A DNA stretch of 64,000 nt, taken from Trueperaceae bacterium (GTDB taxonomy: Bacteria; Deinococcota; Deinococci; Deinococcales; Trueperaceae). Shown in pieces: positions 30,472-40,106 of the stretch. How positions within the stretch are numbered: position 1 is the stretch's first letter; each line of letters starts with the position of its first letter. A program made the position numbers and the translations under genes. The notes beneath the pieces were generated by a model that saw only the letters and a list, made by a program, of their open reading frames with translations, was not told where the DNA came from and did no database searches. The DNA lies in assembly GCA_965214405.1 (NCBI GenBank), contig OZ243956.1:3200001-3264000 (forward strand), read 5' to 3'.

Positions 30472-32313
30472 CTAACGCGTTCTCTTGACAACAAGCGCCG
30501 TGGCGTTGTCGGGCGCACCTGCTTGAAGCGCCTCGTCGACCAGTGCCTCGGCGAGAGCCTGGGAATCGTCCACGTGGTGCTCGACCAAGATGCGAAGGCG
30601 CGCGTCATCGACTTCGCCCCAGACGCCGTCGGACATCAGGATAAGCGTGTCACCCGCGGTCAGCGTCATCGTTTGGGCAGAGTGGACCGGCTCGAGGCCG
30701 TCGATATAGCCCGCCTGGTATCGGCGCACCGAGCCGAGCGAGCGTAAAATCTTGTTCCGGTCGGGGCTGGACTTCGCTTCTTCGGCTGTTATCATGCCGT
30801 TCGCCAGGAGGGCGTTGACCAAAGAATGGTCTTTGGTGAGAGGGGCGAGCCCCTGCCCGTTAGCGAGGTAAGCGCGGGTGTCGCCGACGTGAGCCAAGCT
30901 CAGCCGGTTGCCGATGATTACCACGCCGGTGAGGGTGCAGCCGCCGTCCTGACCCGACAAAACCTCCAGCACCGCCTCGTTGGCGCGCCAGGCGAGGTGC
31001 AGCGTCCACTCGGCCTGGGCCTGCGCCGTGTCGAGGGGCCGGGAGGGGGTGTCCCTGCAAAAGGTCTCCACCGCCGCCCGGCTCGCCCGTTCGCCCGCCG
31101 CCTCGCCCCCCATGCCGTCCGCCACGCAGGCGCGGAGCATTTGACTTAAACCGCCGTAACTCTCCACCACGTCGTACACGTAGCCGTAGCCGTCTTCATT
31201 GACCGGCCTGTCGACGTTGAGCCCCACGGTAGTGGCGGCGCCTATCCCAAAAACAGGTCTTTCCGCACCATGTTGCTCTTTAAGCGCCTTGACCGCCCGA
31301 ACGAACGCCTCGGGCTCCGTTCGTTCAGAAACGCCCCCCAGCGCGGCGAACAACAGTTGAGGCAAACCGGGGACCTTGATATCCTTTAGCATCAATAAAC
31401 TCGGGCCTTCGGGTGGCGGCGCTCTCCCCGTCAGGAGCTGAAGGGAGAGCGCGGCGAGCGCGTAGACGCCCTCCTTGCCGGTCGCCGCGGCCCCGGCTTG
31501 CACCTCGGGCGCGGTGTAGCCTTCGCGGTAGAAGTTCGGCAGCGGGTCGCCGAGGGGCGCGAGGTGAGGCGGATACCGCAGGCACAGCCCCGCCTCCGTC
31601 AGCAGCAGCCCGTCGGGGTCTAGATACAAAACCGCCTGCCCCTGCACCTCGAAAAAACGAACGAGCTGCGCGAGGGCGAGCGTGTACGTCAGCGCTTGCT
31701 CGAGCCCCACCGGCGTCTCAATAACTTGCCCCTCAACGTAGGCCACAGCGAAGCCCTCGGGACCGTTGTAGAGGACGCGGGGCAGCAGCGGGTGTTTGGG
31801 GAGGCGGTTCCAGACCTCGAGCCGCGGCTGGGGTTGAACCAGGATGGGCTCACCCGTTTCCTGACGGTGCGCGCGGTACCAGCCGCGCGGCAGCGCCGCC
31901 TGGACGGTAAAAGTGACGTCATCCCAGGTGTATTCGGTCCCCTCCTCGAGCGTCGCTTCATCCAAAGTAGAGGGATAGATGGCTTCTTCCAAGAAGCCGT
32001 CTTCAGCCTCGAGGTCCGCTTGCTGACCCTCTGTACCCTCGGCTTGTTCCGCGTCTTCTTGAATCTTTCTCTCAGGCTCGCTCCAACTTGCCTCTGCTGG
32101 AGATTCGCCCGTTGCCGCCTCACCTATGTCTTCGCCTGTGTTTTCAAACGCTTGCGACGCCTCGTTTTGAGACGCTTGCGATTCGGTGACTTCATCTAAA
32201 GGAGCGTCGTGACTTACTTCAACCGTGTCGGCTCGCTCCTCTGGCTCTCGTTCTTTTACCTCTTGTTCTTCCATCTCGAGCGGGTCCCGACTCGGCTCGT
32301 CCCCATCCGTCAC
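30472..32313 (-). CDS. PP2C-family Ser/Thr phosphatase with N-terminal acidic region and degenerate kinase-like domain
   Basis: NEDGY, VADGMGG, GCTL, HVGDTRAY, TKDHS, MSDGVW, DNAT; middle region GYTAPEV / GVYALA. Confidence 0.85.
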   Translation of the reverse strand: MTDGDEPSRDPLEMEEQEVKEREPEERADTVEVSHDAPLDEVTESQASQNEASQAFENTGEDIGEAATGESPAEASWSEPERKIQEDAEQAEGTEGQQADLEAEDGFLEEAIYPSTLDEATLEEGTEYTWDDVTFTVQAALPRGWYRAHRQETGEPILVQPQPRLEVWNRLPKHPLLPRVLYNGPEGFAVAYVEGQVIETPVGLEQALTYTLALAQLVRFFEVQGQAVLYLDPDGLLLTEAGLCLRYPPHLAPLGDPLPNFYREGYTAPEVQAGAAATGKEGVYALAALSLQLLTGRAPPPEGPSLLMLKDIKVPGLPQLLFAALGGVSERTEPEAFVRAVKALKEQHGAERPVFGIGAATTVGLNVDRPVNEDGYGYVYDVVESYGGLSQMLRACVADGMGGEAAGERASRAAVETFCRDTPSRPLDTAQAQAEWTLHLAWRANEAVLEVLSGQDGGCTLTGVVIIGNRLSLAHVGDTRAYLANGQGLAPLTKDHSLVNALLANGMITAEEAKSSPDRNKILRSLGSVRRYQAGYIDGLEPVHSAQTMTLTAGDTLILMSDGVWGEVDDARLRILVEHHVDDSQALAEALVDEALQAGAPDNATALVVKRTR

Positions 32314-32969
32314 AGGTCATCCTGACGAAAGGCGAACACGACGTTGCCAAAGGCTATCTCGTCGCCGTCACTCAGCTCGGCGGGCTCCTGGAGGCGCGGC
32401 CCGTAGCTTTCTTCGCCCGCGCGCTTGAGGAACACCCCGTTGGTCGAGCCGAGGTCGCGCACCTTCCAGACGCCGGACTCACTATAAAGCTCGGCGTGCC
32501 GCCTCGAGATGTGCTCCGCACCCCCCATCTCCGTCACGTCGATATCGACCGGACCCGTCGAGGGGTCGAAACGTCCGACCACCAGCCGCGCGCCGGAGAG
32601 GGGAATCGCGTCGTCACTCAGCGCGCCGTGCCGTTTGGCGAACAGCTTGGCCGGGGCCGCTTCACCCGTTTCGGGGGCGGGCGACGCCGCTACAGCGCTT
32701 TCTTCGGCGGGTTCGGTGCTCTCGGTAGGGCTCGAGTCCTGACCCTCTTGGCCTGCGGAGGCGTCAACCGACGTTTCGCCGTCGGAAGGGGGTGCGTCAC
32801 CGGCGGGTTCGGCTGGCGTCTCTTCGGGAGTTGGCGCGGCTGCTTCCCCAACCGGCGTTTCCCCTTCCGGCGGGGTCGTGGTCGCGCTCGTTAGCTCGAC
32901 GCCGCAGCCCTCGCAGAACTCGGCGCTGTCGGGGTTGGTGGTGCCGCAGACGGAACAAACTTTACTCAT
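32310..32969 (-). CDS. Zinc-ribbon + FHA domain protein
   Basis: CSVC...FCEGC; FHA motifs VGR, ISRRHAE, DLGSTNG, DGDEIAFG. Confidence 0.9.
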   Translation of the reverse strand: MSKVCSVCGTTNPDSAEFCEGCGVELTSATTTPPEGETPVGEAAAPTPEETPAEPAGDAPPSDGETSVDASAGQEGQDSSPTESTEPAEESAVAASPAPETGEAAPAKLFAKRHGALSDDAIPLSGARLVVGRFDPSTGPVDIDVTEMGGAEHISRRHAELYSESGVWKVRDLGSTNGVFLKRAGEESYGPRLQEPAELSDGDEIAFGNVVFAFRQDDL

Positions 32970-33011
32970 GTCTTACCTCCATGTTTTATAAAAGCTCTAA
33001 ACGAACCCGGC

Positions 33012-34385
33012 TCAAAAAAAGTAGACGAAGCCGCCCGAACTAAACAGGAAAAAGAGCAGCAAGAGCAGGAAAAACCCGATCAAGCAGCCGCTGCCGAAGC
33101 TCGGCGTCTGGGGCCGTTGCTGCCGCGTCCTCCGCCCCGTTCGCGCGGGTGTGGGTGCCCGCGTGCGCGGCGCGTCTCCGGCGGACCCGGTGGGCACGAC
33201 GACGACAACCGCGCCCATCGCCTCTAACCGACGCTTGATGGTCTGCGCGTCCTCTTGGCTCACATCCGCCCTTATCACCCCGCCCTCGCTGGCTAACCGC
33301 ATCGCCTGGACGGGCTCGAGCCCCGTGAGGTTGGCGATTTCGGCCACCACCAGGAACCGTAAGAAGCCGCTGTGCCTCAGCACCACGTCGAAACGCCCCG
33401 CCTCTCGAGTCTCGGGCACCCGCGGGGCGGGCGTCGGCACCTCCAACCTGCGCCGAGGCCGCGCGTCTCGCGTGAGCAGGTCCCGAAACGCCGCCACCGT
33501 CGCGGGCCTCTCGTCGATGCGAATCTCTAAGCCCTGCTCAATGGCGGCGCGTAGGCCTGACGGCAGTTCGTCGGGCAGGGGTGACGACTCGGCCCCTGCC
33601 AGGCGGTCGGTGACCGGTGGGGGCGGCGTCCCCGTGGCCGCGTGGTAGAGCGTGGCGGCGAGGGCGTATATATCCGTGTAGGGGCCAAACTTGGCCTCGG
33701 TGGTGTACTGCTCGAGCGGCGCGTAGCCGGGCGTCACCAGCCGGGTGTGGCTCACGGTCTGCCCGCTGGCGTAGGCGCGCGCCGAGCCGAAGTCGATGAG
33801 CACCGTGCGCCCGTCTTGGGTGAGGAAGACGTTGTCGGGCTTAATGTCGCGGTGCAGCAGCCCGGCCTCGTGAACGACAGCGAGCGCGTCCGAGAGCGCG
33901 CTCGCCAGCGTCATGACCTCCTGGGCGCTCAGCGCGCCCGCCTCAACGATGCGCCCGCCCAGCGTCTCCCCCTGCAACAGCTCCATCACCAGGTAGGCGG
34001 TAAAGTTCTCCTCGAAAACGTCCATCACGTCGACGATGCCGGGATGGTCGAAGCGCCTGAGGGTGCGCGCCTCGTCCAAGAAGTTTTTGAGCCCCGCCTC
34101 GAGCCCCTGCCCGCCAAACGAGGTGGGGGGCAGCAGCGCGTTGGTGCGCCGCGAGGAACCGTCGGGGAAAAACTCCTTGATGGCGACCGGGCGGTTGCGA
34201 GACAGGTCCGCGCCCTGGTAGGTGATGCCGAAGCCCCCCTGGCCGAGCACCCGGCCCACGGTGTACTTGCCCCCGTGGAGCTTCGTGCCCGCCCGAAGGT
34301 GGGGGGTCGTGTAGGGCATCCCGCACACGGGGCAGGCGCCCTCGGTCCCCCTCAGCAGACTCCCGCACGCGGTGCAGTGGACCAC
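33012..34385 (-). CDS. Hanks-type Ser/Thr protein kinase with N-terminal zinc ribbon, L7/L12-CTD-like domain and C-terminal TM anchor
   Basis: GQGGFG, VAIKE, HRDIKPDN, IDFG, GYAPLEQ, DIYALA; CTAC/CPVC ribbon. Confidence 0.92.
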   Translation of the reverse strand: MVHCTACGSLLRGTEGACPVCGMPYTTPHLRAGTKLHGGKYTVGRVLGQGGFGITYQGADLSRNRPVAIKEFFPDGSSRRTNALLPPTSFGGQGLEAGLKNFLDEARTLRRFDHPGIVDVMDVFEENFTAYLVMELLQGETLGGRIVEAGALSAQEVMTLASALSDALAVVHEAGLLHRDIKPDNVFLTQDGRTVLIDFGSARAYASGQTVSHTRLVTPGYAPLEQYTTEAKFGPYTDIYALAATLYHAATGTPPPPVTDRLAGAESSPLPDELPSGLRAAIEQGLEIRIDERPATVAAFRDLLTRDARPRRRLEVPTPAPRVPETREAGRFDVVLRHSGFLRFLVVAEIANLTGLEPVQAMRLASEGGVIRADVSQEDAQTIKRRLEAMGAVVVVVPTGSAGDAPRTRAPTPARTGRRTRQQRPQTPSFGSGCLIGFFLLLLLFFLFSSGGFVYFF

Positions 34386-34388
34386 GTT

Positions 34389-35780
34389 TTAAGCTCCCGT
34401 CATGCGGCGGATGTCTTCATCGCTTGGTAGGTCGCTCGAGCCGCCCGCCCGCAGGGTCTGCGTTTTCGCGCCGATTTTGAGGGTCTTGGCGGTCGTCACG
34501 CTTACCGTCCTGCCGCCCTCGAGCTCGTTAATCGCCCGGTCGAGCGCCTGGGTCATGACCCCGTTGCCGAGCCGCACGGTCATCGCGCGGGCGAGCTCCA
34601 TCGTCTTTTGCGCCCCCGCCGGGTCGCTTTGCGCCTGCTGGGTCGCCTGGTGGATGAGACCTTCGATGTTGCGCTGCTGCACCCACCGCATTACTTCGCT
34701 ATTGATGCGCGCGGCGAGCGCCTCGTTGGCGGTAAATTCCACCACCACGTCGAGCGGCTCCGTCTCGCCGCGGTAGCCCGCGCCCGGCACTTCAAAGGTG
34801 AGCGCCAACTGCGCCAAGCGCATCCGCGCGCTCGGCCTCGAGGGCAGCGTAAATTCCAAAATAAAAACCGTGTCCGCCCCCGCCTCGGCGCTGCCTAAAA
34901 AGAGCTGCGCGCCCTCCTTCACCTTGTCCACCTCGTTTTGCGTCGGGAACACGCGGGTCACGCGCTCGAGCCGCACGTCCTTGACCGTGCGGACGTTCAA
35001 ACGCAGGCCGGTCACGACTTCGTTGGCGGTGTGCTCGAGTTCGGCCACGAGTTCGCCCGGCAGGTCGGTCATCCGCACCGCCGGGGGCTGCGGGTTTTCA
35101 ACGTCCGGCACCACGTAGAAGGGCTTGCCCTGGGTGCGGTCGGTGAGTTCGGTTAAGAGCGCCTCGTTCCACTCCTCGCCCACGCCAATGGTCGTCACCG
35201 CGACACGGTCTTCCGCCAAAGAAGCGCCCACCTCGCGCACCAGGTCCTCGTCGGAGGTGCGCCCGTCGGTGAGCAGCAGCAGGCGTTTGCTGCCCTCCTC
35301 GAGCCGTAGGAGCCCCAACGCCTCCCGCATCCCCGCGCCCATCTGGGTGCCGCCGGAAAACTCGGCGAGGCGCGCCACCGCCGCCTGCAACGCGCCCCGC
35401 TGTTGGGCTTCGGTAAAGGGCAAGAGGACTTCGGCCTCGTCGTCGAACTTGACGAGCGCCAGCCGGTCGTCGGCCTGGAGAAGGTTAGACTCGAGCACCC
35501 CCGTGAGCGCCTCCACGACCAAATCCATCTTGCTCTTGGCGCCCCGGACCACTTCGTACCGTCTACCGTCGACAACGGTCGTCCTGCCGGTGCGCTCGGT
35601 GGGTTCGGTGACGGTCTCGCGCATCGAGCCTGAGGTGTCGACCACAAAGGCGACCGAGAGCTGGGGCCGGGCGGCGCTGGCTTCCGCTCCCGGCCGCACG
35701 GTGAGCGCGACGAAGAGCTTTTGGCCCTCGGTCTGGGCCAGCAGGGTCTCGCGGTGGAGCGTAAGGGTGGTCTCGAGCAC
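34389..35780 (-). CDS. von Willebrand factor A (vWA) domain protein
   Basis: MIDAS DTSGSM, GGTQM, LLTDG; GTG start after GGAGGAGG RBS. Confidence 0.88.
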   Translation of the reverse strand: MLETTLTLHRETLLAQTEGQKLFVALTVRPGAEASAARPQLSVAFVVDTSGSMRETVTEPTERTGRTTVVDGRRYEVVRGAKSKMDLVVEALTGVLESNLLQADDRLALVKFDDEAEVLLPFTEAQQRGALQAAVARLAEFSGGTQMGAGMREALGLLRLEEGSKRLLLLTDGRTSDEDLVREVGASLAEDRVAVTTIGVGEEWNEALLTELTDRTQGKPFYVVPDVENPQPPAVRMTDLPGELVAELEHTANEVVTGLRLNVRTVKDVRLERVTRVFPTQNEVDKVKEGAQLFLGSAEAGADTVFILEFTLPSRPSARMRLAQLALTFEVPGAGYRGETEPLDVVVEFTANEALAARINSEVMRWVQQRNIEGLIHQATQQAQSDPAGAQKTMELARAMTVRLGNGVMTQALDRAINELEGGRTVSVTTAKTLKIGAKTQTLRAGGSSDLPSDEDIRRMTGA

Positions 35781-35899
35781 GTTGCCTCCTCCCTCAAGTA
35801 GATAGCAGGAAAACGGGTGAGTTTTGTAAGGTGGAACCCATACCTGTGAGGGAACGTCGCCCCAAACACCGCTTAGAGGAGCGTTCGGAACTGCCCTCG

Positions 35900-36751
35900 T
35901 CAGAAATTTTCTCTCTCGACCCACGCAAAAATCGCGCGCGAAATCTGAGCAATCAGCATCAGCCCCTCCTGCTCCGGGCTGAACGAACGGTCGTCGGCGC
36001 CCGCGGTCATCACGACCAAGGCGTAGAGAGGTTGGTTGGCTCGAGACACAACACCCGCGTCGTGCCAGACGCCGCGCAAACAGCCGCTTTTGGACGCCAC
36101 GGTGACGGGGTCCATGAAGAGTTCCCCGTCAGTCGGCAGGTAACGCCCCAGCGCCTCTTTGTAGAGTTGGCGCTCCAACACCCGCAACGCCGTCGCCGTC
36201 GCGTCCGCCCCCAGCAACCGGCCCTCCTGCAACGCTGTGAGCAGGTTCAGCACGTCTCCTGCCGACGTCCGGTTACGCTCGCCGCGCTTTTGCGCCTCGT
36301 TCTGTGACTCTTCTGGAAGTTGCAGCTTCCCGACTAAGCGCGTGTGGGTGAGGCCCAGCGCGTCACAACGCGCGTTGACCGCGTCCAAGCCCACGAGGTC
36401 AATGAGCATATTCGTCGCGGTGTTGTCGCTCACGATAATCATGAGCGTGAGCAGGTCTTCTAAAGAGAGATTTAAGCCCGGCCCCAGCCATTGCAGCACC
36501 CCGCTCCCGCCCGCCAGGTCCTCGGCTTTTAAGGGAAAACAGTCCGTGAGCCTCAGCGTCCCTGCCTCCACCTGGGCGAGCGCTTCAACCATGATGTGAA
36601 GCTTAATAAGCGAGGCGGCGGGCAAAACCTTGTCGGCGTTTAGGCCGTAGCGAAAGCCGTCCTCGAGACAGTGAAACGCGATACTCACCTCTCCTGAGAA
36701 ACCTCGCAGGAGGGGAGAAAGCACCTCGCCTAAACTTTCGTGCTTATTCAC
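35900..36751 (-). CDS. Class A beta-lactamase-like serine hydrolase
   Basis: SxxK (ASLIK), SDN (VSDNTATN), KSG, HDAG; no signal peptide. Confidence 0.85.
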   Translation of the reverse strand: MNKHESLGEVLSPLLRGFSGEVSIAFHCLEDGFRYGLNADKVLPAASLIKLHIMVEALAQVEAGTLRLTDCFPLKAEDLAGGSGVLQWLGPGLNLSLEDLLTLMIIVSDNTATNMLIDLVGLDAVNARCDALGLTHTRLVGKLQLPEESQNEAQKRGERNRTSAGDVLNLLTALQEGRLLGADATATALRVLERQLYKEALGRYLPTDGELFMDPVTVASKSGCLRGVWHDAGVVSRANQPLYALVVMTAGADDRSFSPEQEGLMLIAQISRAIFAWVERENF

Positions 36752-37919
36752 ACTCCAACCTCACCACATCCGCCACCGTTTCACGCCGCCGCGCAAGCCG
36801 TATCCGTTCTCCTTGTACCGTTACCTCGGCGGGACGCAAAGAGGAAGCGTAGTTCGAGGCCATCGTCAGACCATAAGCGCCTGCTTGCTCCACAACCAGC
36901 AGGTCGCCAGGGCGCGGCGCGGGAAGTGTAAGCTCCCGCCCCAGCCGGTCCGCGTTTTCGCACAGGGGGCCGTCCACGTCCACCCGCTCCACGGCCCGCC
37001 CTTCCGCCCCCAGCACCCGCACGGGATGCGCCGCGCCGTAGAGCGCGGGCCGGAGCAGGTCGGCCATGCCCGCGTCGGCAATCACGTGAGTCACTTCGCC
37101 CCGTTTAACGTGCAGCACGCGCGTGAGCAGCACGCCCGCGTCGGCGACCAAGTAGCGACCGGGCTCGAGGATAACTTTAAGCCCAAACCTCCGCGCAAAA
37201 GCGCGCACCTTTTCGGCAAAGCTTAAGAGCGGAAAATCCGGCACCGCAAAGCCGCCGCCGATATCCAAAGTTTTCACGCCAAAGCGCGCGTAAAGGGGTG
37301 CCAGCCGCTCAAAAATCTTGTCATAAACCGCCACGTCCCGAATCTGCGAACCCGCGTGGACGTGAAAACCCGCCAGCTTTCCGGCTCCGTGGAGGCGTCC
37401 GGCCAAGCCTTCAACCTCTTCAACCGTCATCCCAAACTTTGAACTCGCCGCGCCCGTCGCCAAATGTTCGTGCGTGCGCGGGTCGAGCGCGGGGTTGAGG
37501 CGGAGGAGAAACTTAACGTCCCGCCCTCTCCACAGCTCAGCTTGCGAGAGGCTGTCCAAGCTGACGAGGCGGACGCCCGCCGCCAGCGCCCCCCCAATCA
37601 GCGGCGGGTCCTGCCGCGGGCCGCCCAGCAGAATCTTTTCGGGATGAAAGCCCGCCGCTCGAGCGCGCGCCAGTTCGCCCTCGGTGATGACCTCCGCGCC
37701 CAGGCCGCGTTTTGCTAAGTACCGCAACACCGCGCCGCACGGATTTGCCTTGACCGCGTAGTGGAGGTGCGCCTCGGGCAGCGCGGCCCGCAGGTCTTGC
37801 AAGCGCGCGTCGACCAAGTCTAAATCATAAGCGTAGGTGGGCGTGCCAAATTTTTCGGCAACGCCTTGAAGCGTGGCGTCGGGCACAACATGAGAGGGCG
37901 CGCGGGGCGGTATTTGCAT
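36744..37919 (-). CDS. lysA: PLP-dependent fold-type III decarboxylase, diaminopimelate decarboxylase-like
   Basis: GTPTYAYD, YAVKAN, SKFG, HVHAGSQ, EPGRY, GPLCE, GAYG..MASNY. Confidence 0.75.
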   Translation of the reverse strand: MQIPPRAPSHVVPDATLQGVAEKFGTPTYAYDLDLVDARLQDLRAALPEAHLHYAVKANPCGAVLRYLAKRGLGAEVITEGELARARAAGFHPEKILLGGPRQDPPLIGGALAAGVRLVSLDSLSQAELWRGRDVKFLLRLNPALDPRTHEHLATGAASSKFGMTVEEVEGLAGRLHGAGKLAGFHVHAGSQIRDVAVYDKIFERLAPLYARFGVKTLDIGGGFAVPDFPLLSFAEKVRAFARRFGLKVILEPGRYLVADAGVLLTRVLHVKRGEVTHVIADAGMADLLRPALYGAAHPVRVLGAEGRAVERVDVDGPLCENADRLGRELTLPAPRPGDLLVVEQAGAYGLTMASNYASSLRPAEVTVQGERIRLARRRETVADVVRLECE

Positions 37920-38038
37920 GGGGACAGCTTACCTTGTGTGGGAGACGCGTGGGGAGGCTCGAGTCAGGCTTCTAATCCCCCACCACTGCGTAAGCACCCC
38001 CCATGTCTGCCCCCCGAAACGTGCCTTAAAATACGCTC

Positions 38039-39391
38039 ATGTCAAAGATCATCATCATCGGCGGGGTCGCGGGCGGCATGAGCACCGCGGCCAAAGCCAA
38101 ACGCGAAAACCCCGACCTCGATATCACCGTTTACGAACGAACCCCCCACATCTCCTACAGCGCCTGCGGGATGCCCTACTCTGTTGCGGGCCGCATCCCG
38201 CTAGACGACCTCGTCGCGCGGACGCCCGCAGACATGAAAGAAGAGGGCGTCAACGTCAAGGTGCGGCACGAAGTCACGGCGGTTGACCACGACGCGCGCA
38301 CCGTACGCGTGAAGAATTTAGAAACGGACGAAACCTTTGAGGACGCGTACGATACGCTCGTGCTCGCCACGGGCGCGCGGGCGGTGGTGCCCGATCTGCC
38401 GGGGGCGAACTTGAAGGGTGTGTACACGCTGCGGCGGTTGGGGGACGCGGCGCGCATCCGTGAGGACGTTGGGGGAATGCAGGGGAAGCGCGCGGTGGTG
38501 ATAGGGGGCGGCTATATCGGGTTAGAAATGGCGGAGGCTTTTCACGAGGTGGGGCTCAGCGTGACGGTGGTCGAGGCCGAACGGCCTCTCAGCGACTTTG
38601 ACCCCGTGTTTTCCGACCTTGTGGAGAGCGAACTCAAAGCGCACGGCGTCACCTTGCACGTGGGGAAAAAGGTGGCTGCGTTCTGCGGCGAAGACCGGGT
38701 GACGGGCGTCCGGTTGGATGACGAAGATGGTCGAGAGGGCGAGACGCTTCCGGCGGATGTGGTGCTCGTCGCGGTGGGCGCAGCGCCCAATAACGAACTC
38801 GCCAAAGCCTTGGGTTTGGCACTGGGACCGCAGGGCACGGTGCTGACGGGGGGGCGGCTCGAGACCAACCTAGAAAGCGTCTACGCCGTGGGCGACGTGA
38901 CGGCGGTCACGCACCTCGTGTCGGGGGAACGCGTGTGGCTGCCGCTGGGCGACACCGCCAACAAACAGGGCCGCGTGCTGGGGACGGTTCTGGGTGGCGG
39001 TGCGGCGCGCTTTGAGGGCGTGGTGGGCACGTTCATTACCAAGGTCTTCGGACGGGCTTTCGCCAAAACGGGCTTGAGCACGCAAGAAGCCAAAGCCGCG
39101 GGCTTCCGCGTGGCCTGTACCCACATCAAGAGCACCGACCACGCAGGCTACTATCCTGATGCTCAACCCTTAGAAGTATCGCTCCTCTGGGAAGAGCGTT
39201 CCGGGCGGCTCCTCGGCGCGCAAATCGCGGCTTACGGCGACGCCGCTCTGCGCATCGACGTGGTGGCGGCGCTTTTGCATCGTCGCGGCACGTTGCAAGA
39301 CTTAGCCGACTTAGACCTCGCCTACGCCCCACCCTTTAGCAGCGCCTGGGACCCTCTGTTAACGGCGGCAAACGTGGCCTTGTCAGAATAA
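38039..39391 (+). CDS. CoA-disulfide reductase / NADH oxidase family flavoprotein
   Basis: GGVAGG, SYSACGMPY (single redox Cys), GGGYIGLE, YAVGD, YAPPFS. Confidence 0.88.
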   Translation: MSKIIIIGGVAGGMSTAAKAKRENPDLDITVYERTPHISYSACGMPYSVAGRIPLDDLVARTPADMKEEGVNVKVRHEVTAVDHDARTVRVKNLETDETFEDAYDTLVLATGARAVVPDLPGANLKGVYTLRRLGDAARIREDVGGMQGKRAVVIGGGYIGLEMAEAFHEVGLSVTVVEAERPLSDFDPVFSDLVESELKAHGVTLHVGKKVAAFCGEDRVTGVRLDDEDGREGETLPADVVLVAVGAAPNNELAKALGLALGPQGTVLTGGRLETNLESVYAVGDVTAVTHLVSGERVWLPLGDTANKQGRVLGTVLGGGAARFEGVVGTFITKVFGRAFAKTGLSTQEAKAAGFRVACTHIKSTDHAGYYPDAQPLEVSLLWEERSGRLLGAQIAAYGDAALRIDVVAALLHRRGTLQDLADLDLAYAPPFSSAWDPLLTAANVALSE

Positions 39392-39519
39392 AAAGGAGGA
39401 GCTGTTCGCCATAGATTTGCCGGGCGGAGTCCAGGGAAGGGGAGGCGTTTTCCCACCCCTTTCCCCCGCTGTGGCGCAGGTGCGGCGTTTGGGGGGCTGG
39501 CGACTGGTATAAATAGGGC

Positions 39520-40053
39520 ATGAACCGACAGTTTCGCCGTGCCAACGAAAAGTCAGACAAGAAGCGGGAGCGGGAAAAAGCCAGGGGCAAGGTCAAGGCC
39601 TACGCCCGCCGCGCGCCCGTCAGAAAAGAAAAGCCCAAGGCAAAGCCCGACGCCAAAAACAACGTCATGACGCCGCAGGAGCGTAAAAGCGACTTTAGAA
39701 CCTCGGGCCGCTTTACGGGCGTCATGGCGCTCGTGACCACGGTGCTCATCCTTATGGGCGCACTTTTCCGCGTGCCCGACCCCAACCCGACGGTGCTCGC
39801 GGTCGTGTCCGAAGTGAGTTTGTTCCTCTTCTTTGGCTACTTCGTGGCCCTCTGGCTCCTGCGTACAGGCGTGAACAACGCGCTCGCTGTGGCGGTCTCG
39901 AGCGGTATCGTGCTCGCCACCATAGTCGAAGGCGCGCAGTTTTTCCTCCCTGCGGGCACGCCTGAACCGCTCAAAATCCTCTTGGCGGCACCGCTCGTCG
40001 TGGCAGGGGCGTTTTTGGGGCGGTTTATCTACCGGAAGACGATTGTCTCGTAA
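39520..40053 (+). CDS. Hypothetical membrane protein (basic N-terminus, 4 TM)
   Basis: Lys/Arg-rich first 60 aa followed by four hydrophobic helices; host-like codon usage. Confidence 0.65.
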   Translation: MNRQFRRANEKSDKKREREKARGKVKAYARRAPVRKEKPKAKPDAKNNVMTPQERKSDFRTSGRFTGVMALVTTVLILMGALFRVPDPNPTVLAVVSEVSLFLFFGYFVALWLLRTGVNNALAVAVSSGIVLATIVEGAQFFLPAGTPEPLKILLAAPLVVAGAFLGRFIYRKTIVS

Positions 40054-40106
40054 AGCTCGACTTTTCACGCCGGGTGAGGCGTCGGCAGGCTGAATGTTTC
40101 TCGAGG

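Noticed and set aside
35900..36751. Antibiotic-resistance beta-lactamase
   Set aside because: No signal peptide and no recognisable class A omega-loop ExxLN; more likely a general serine hydrolase.
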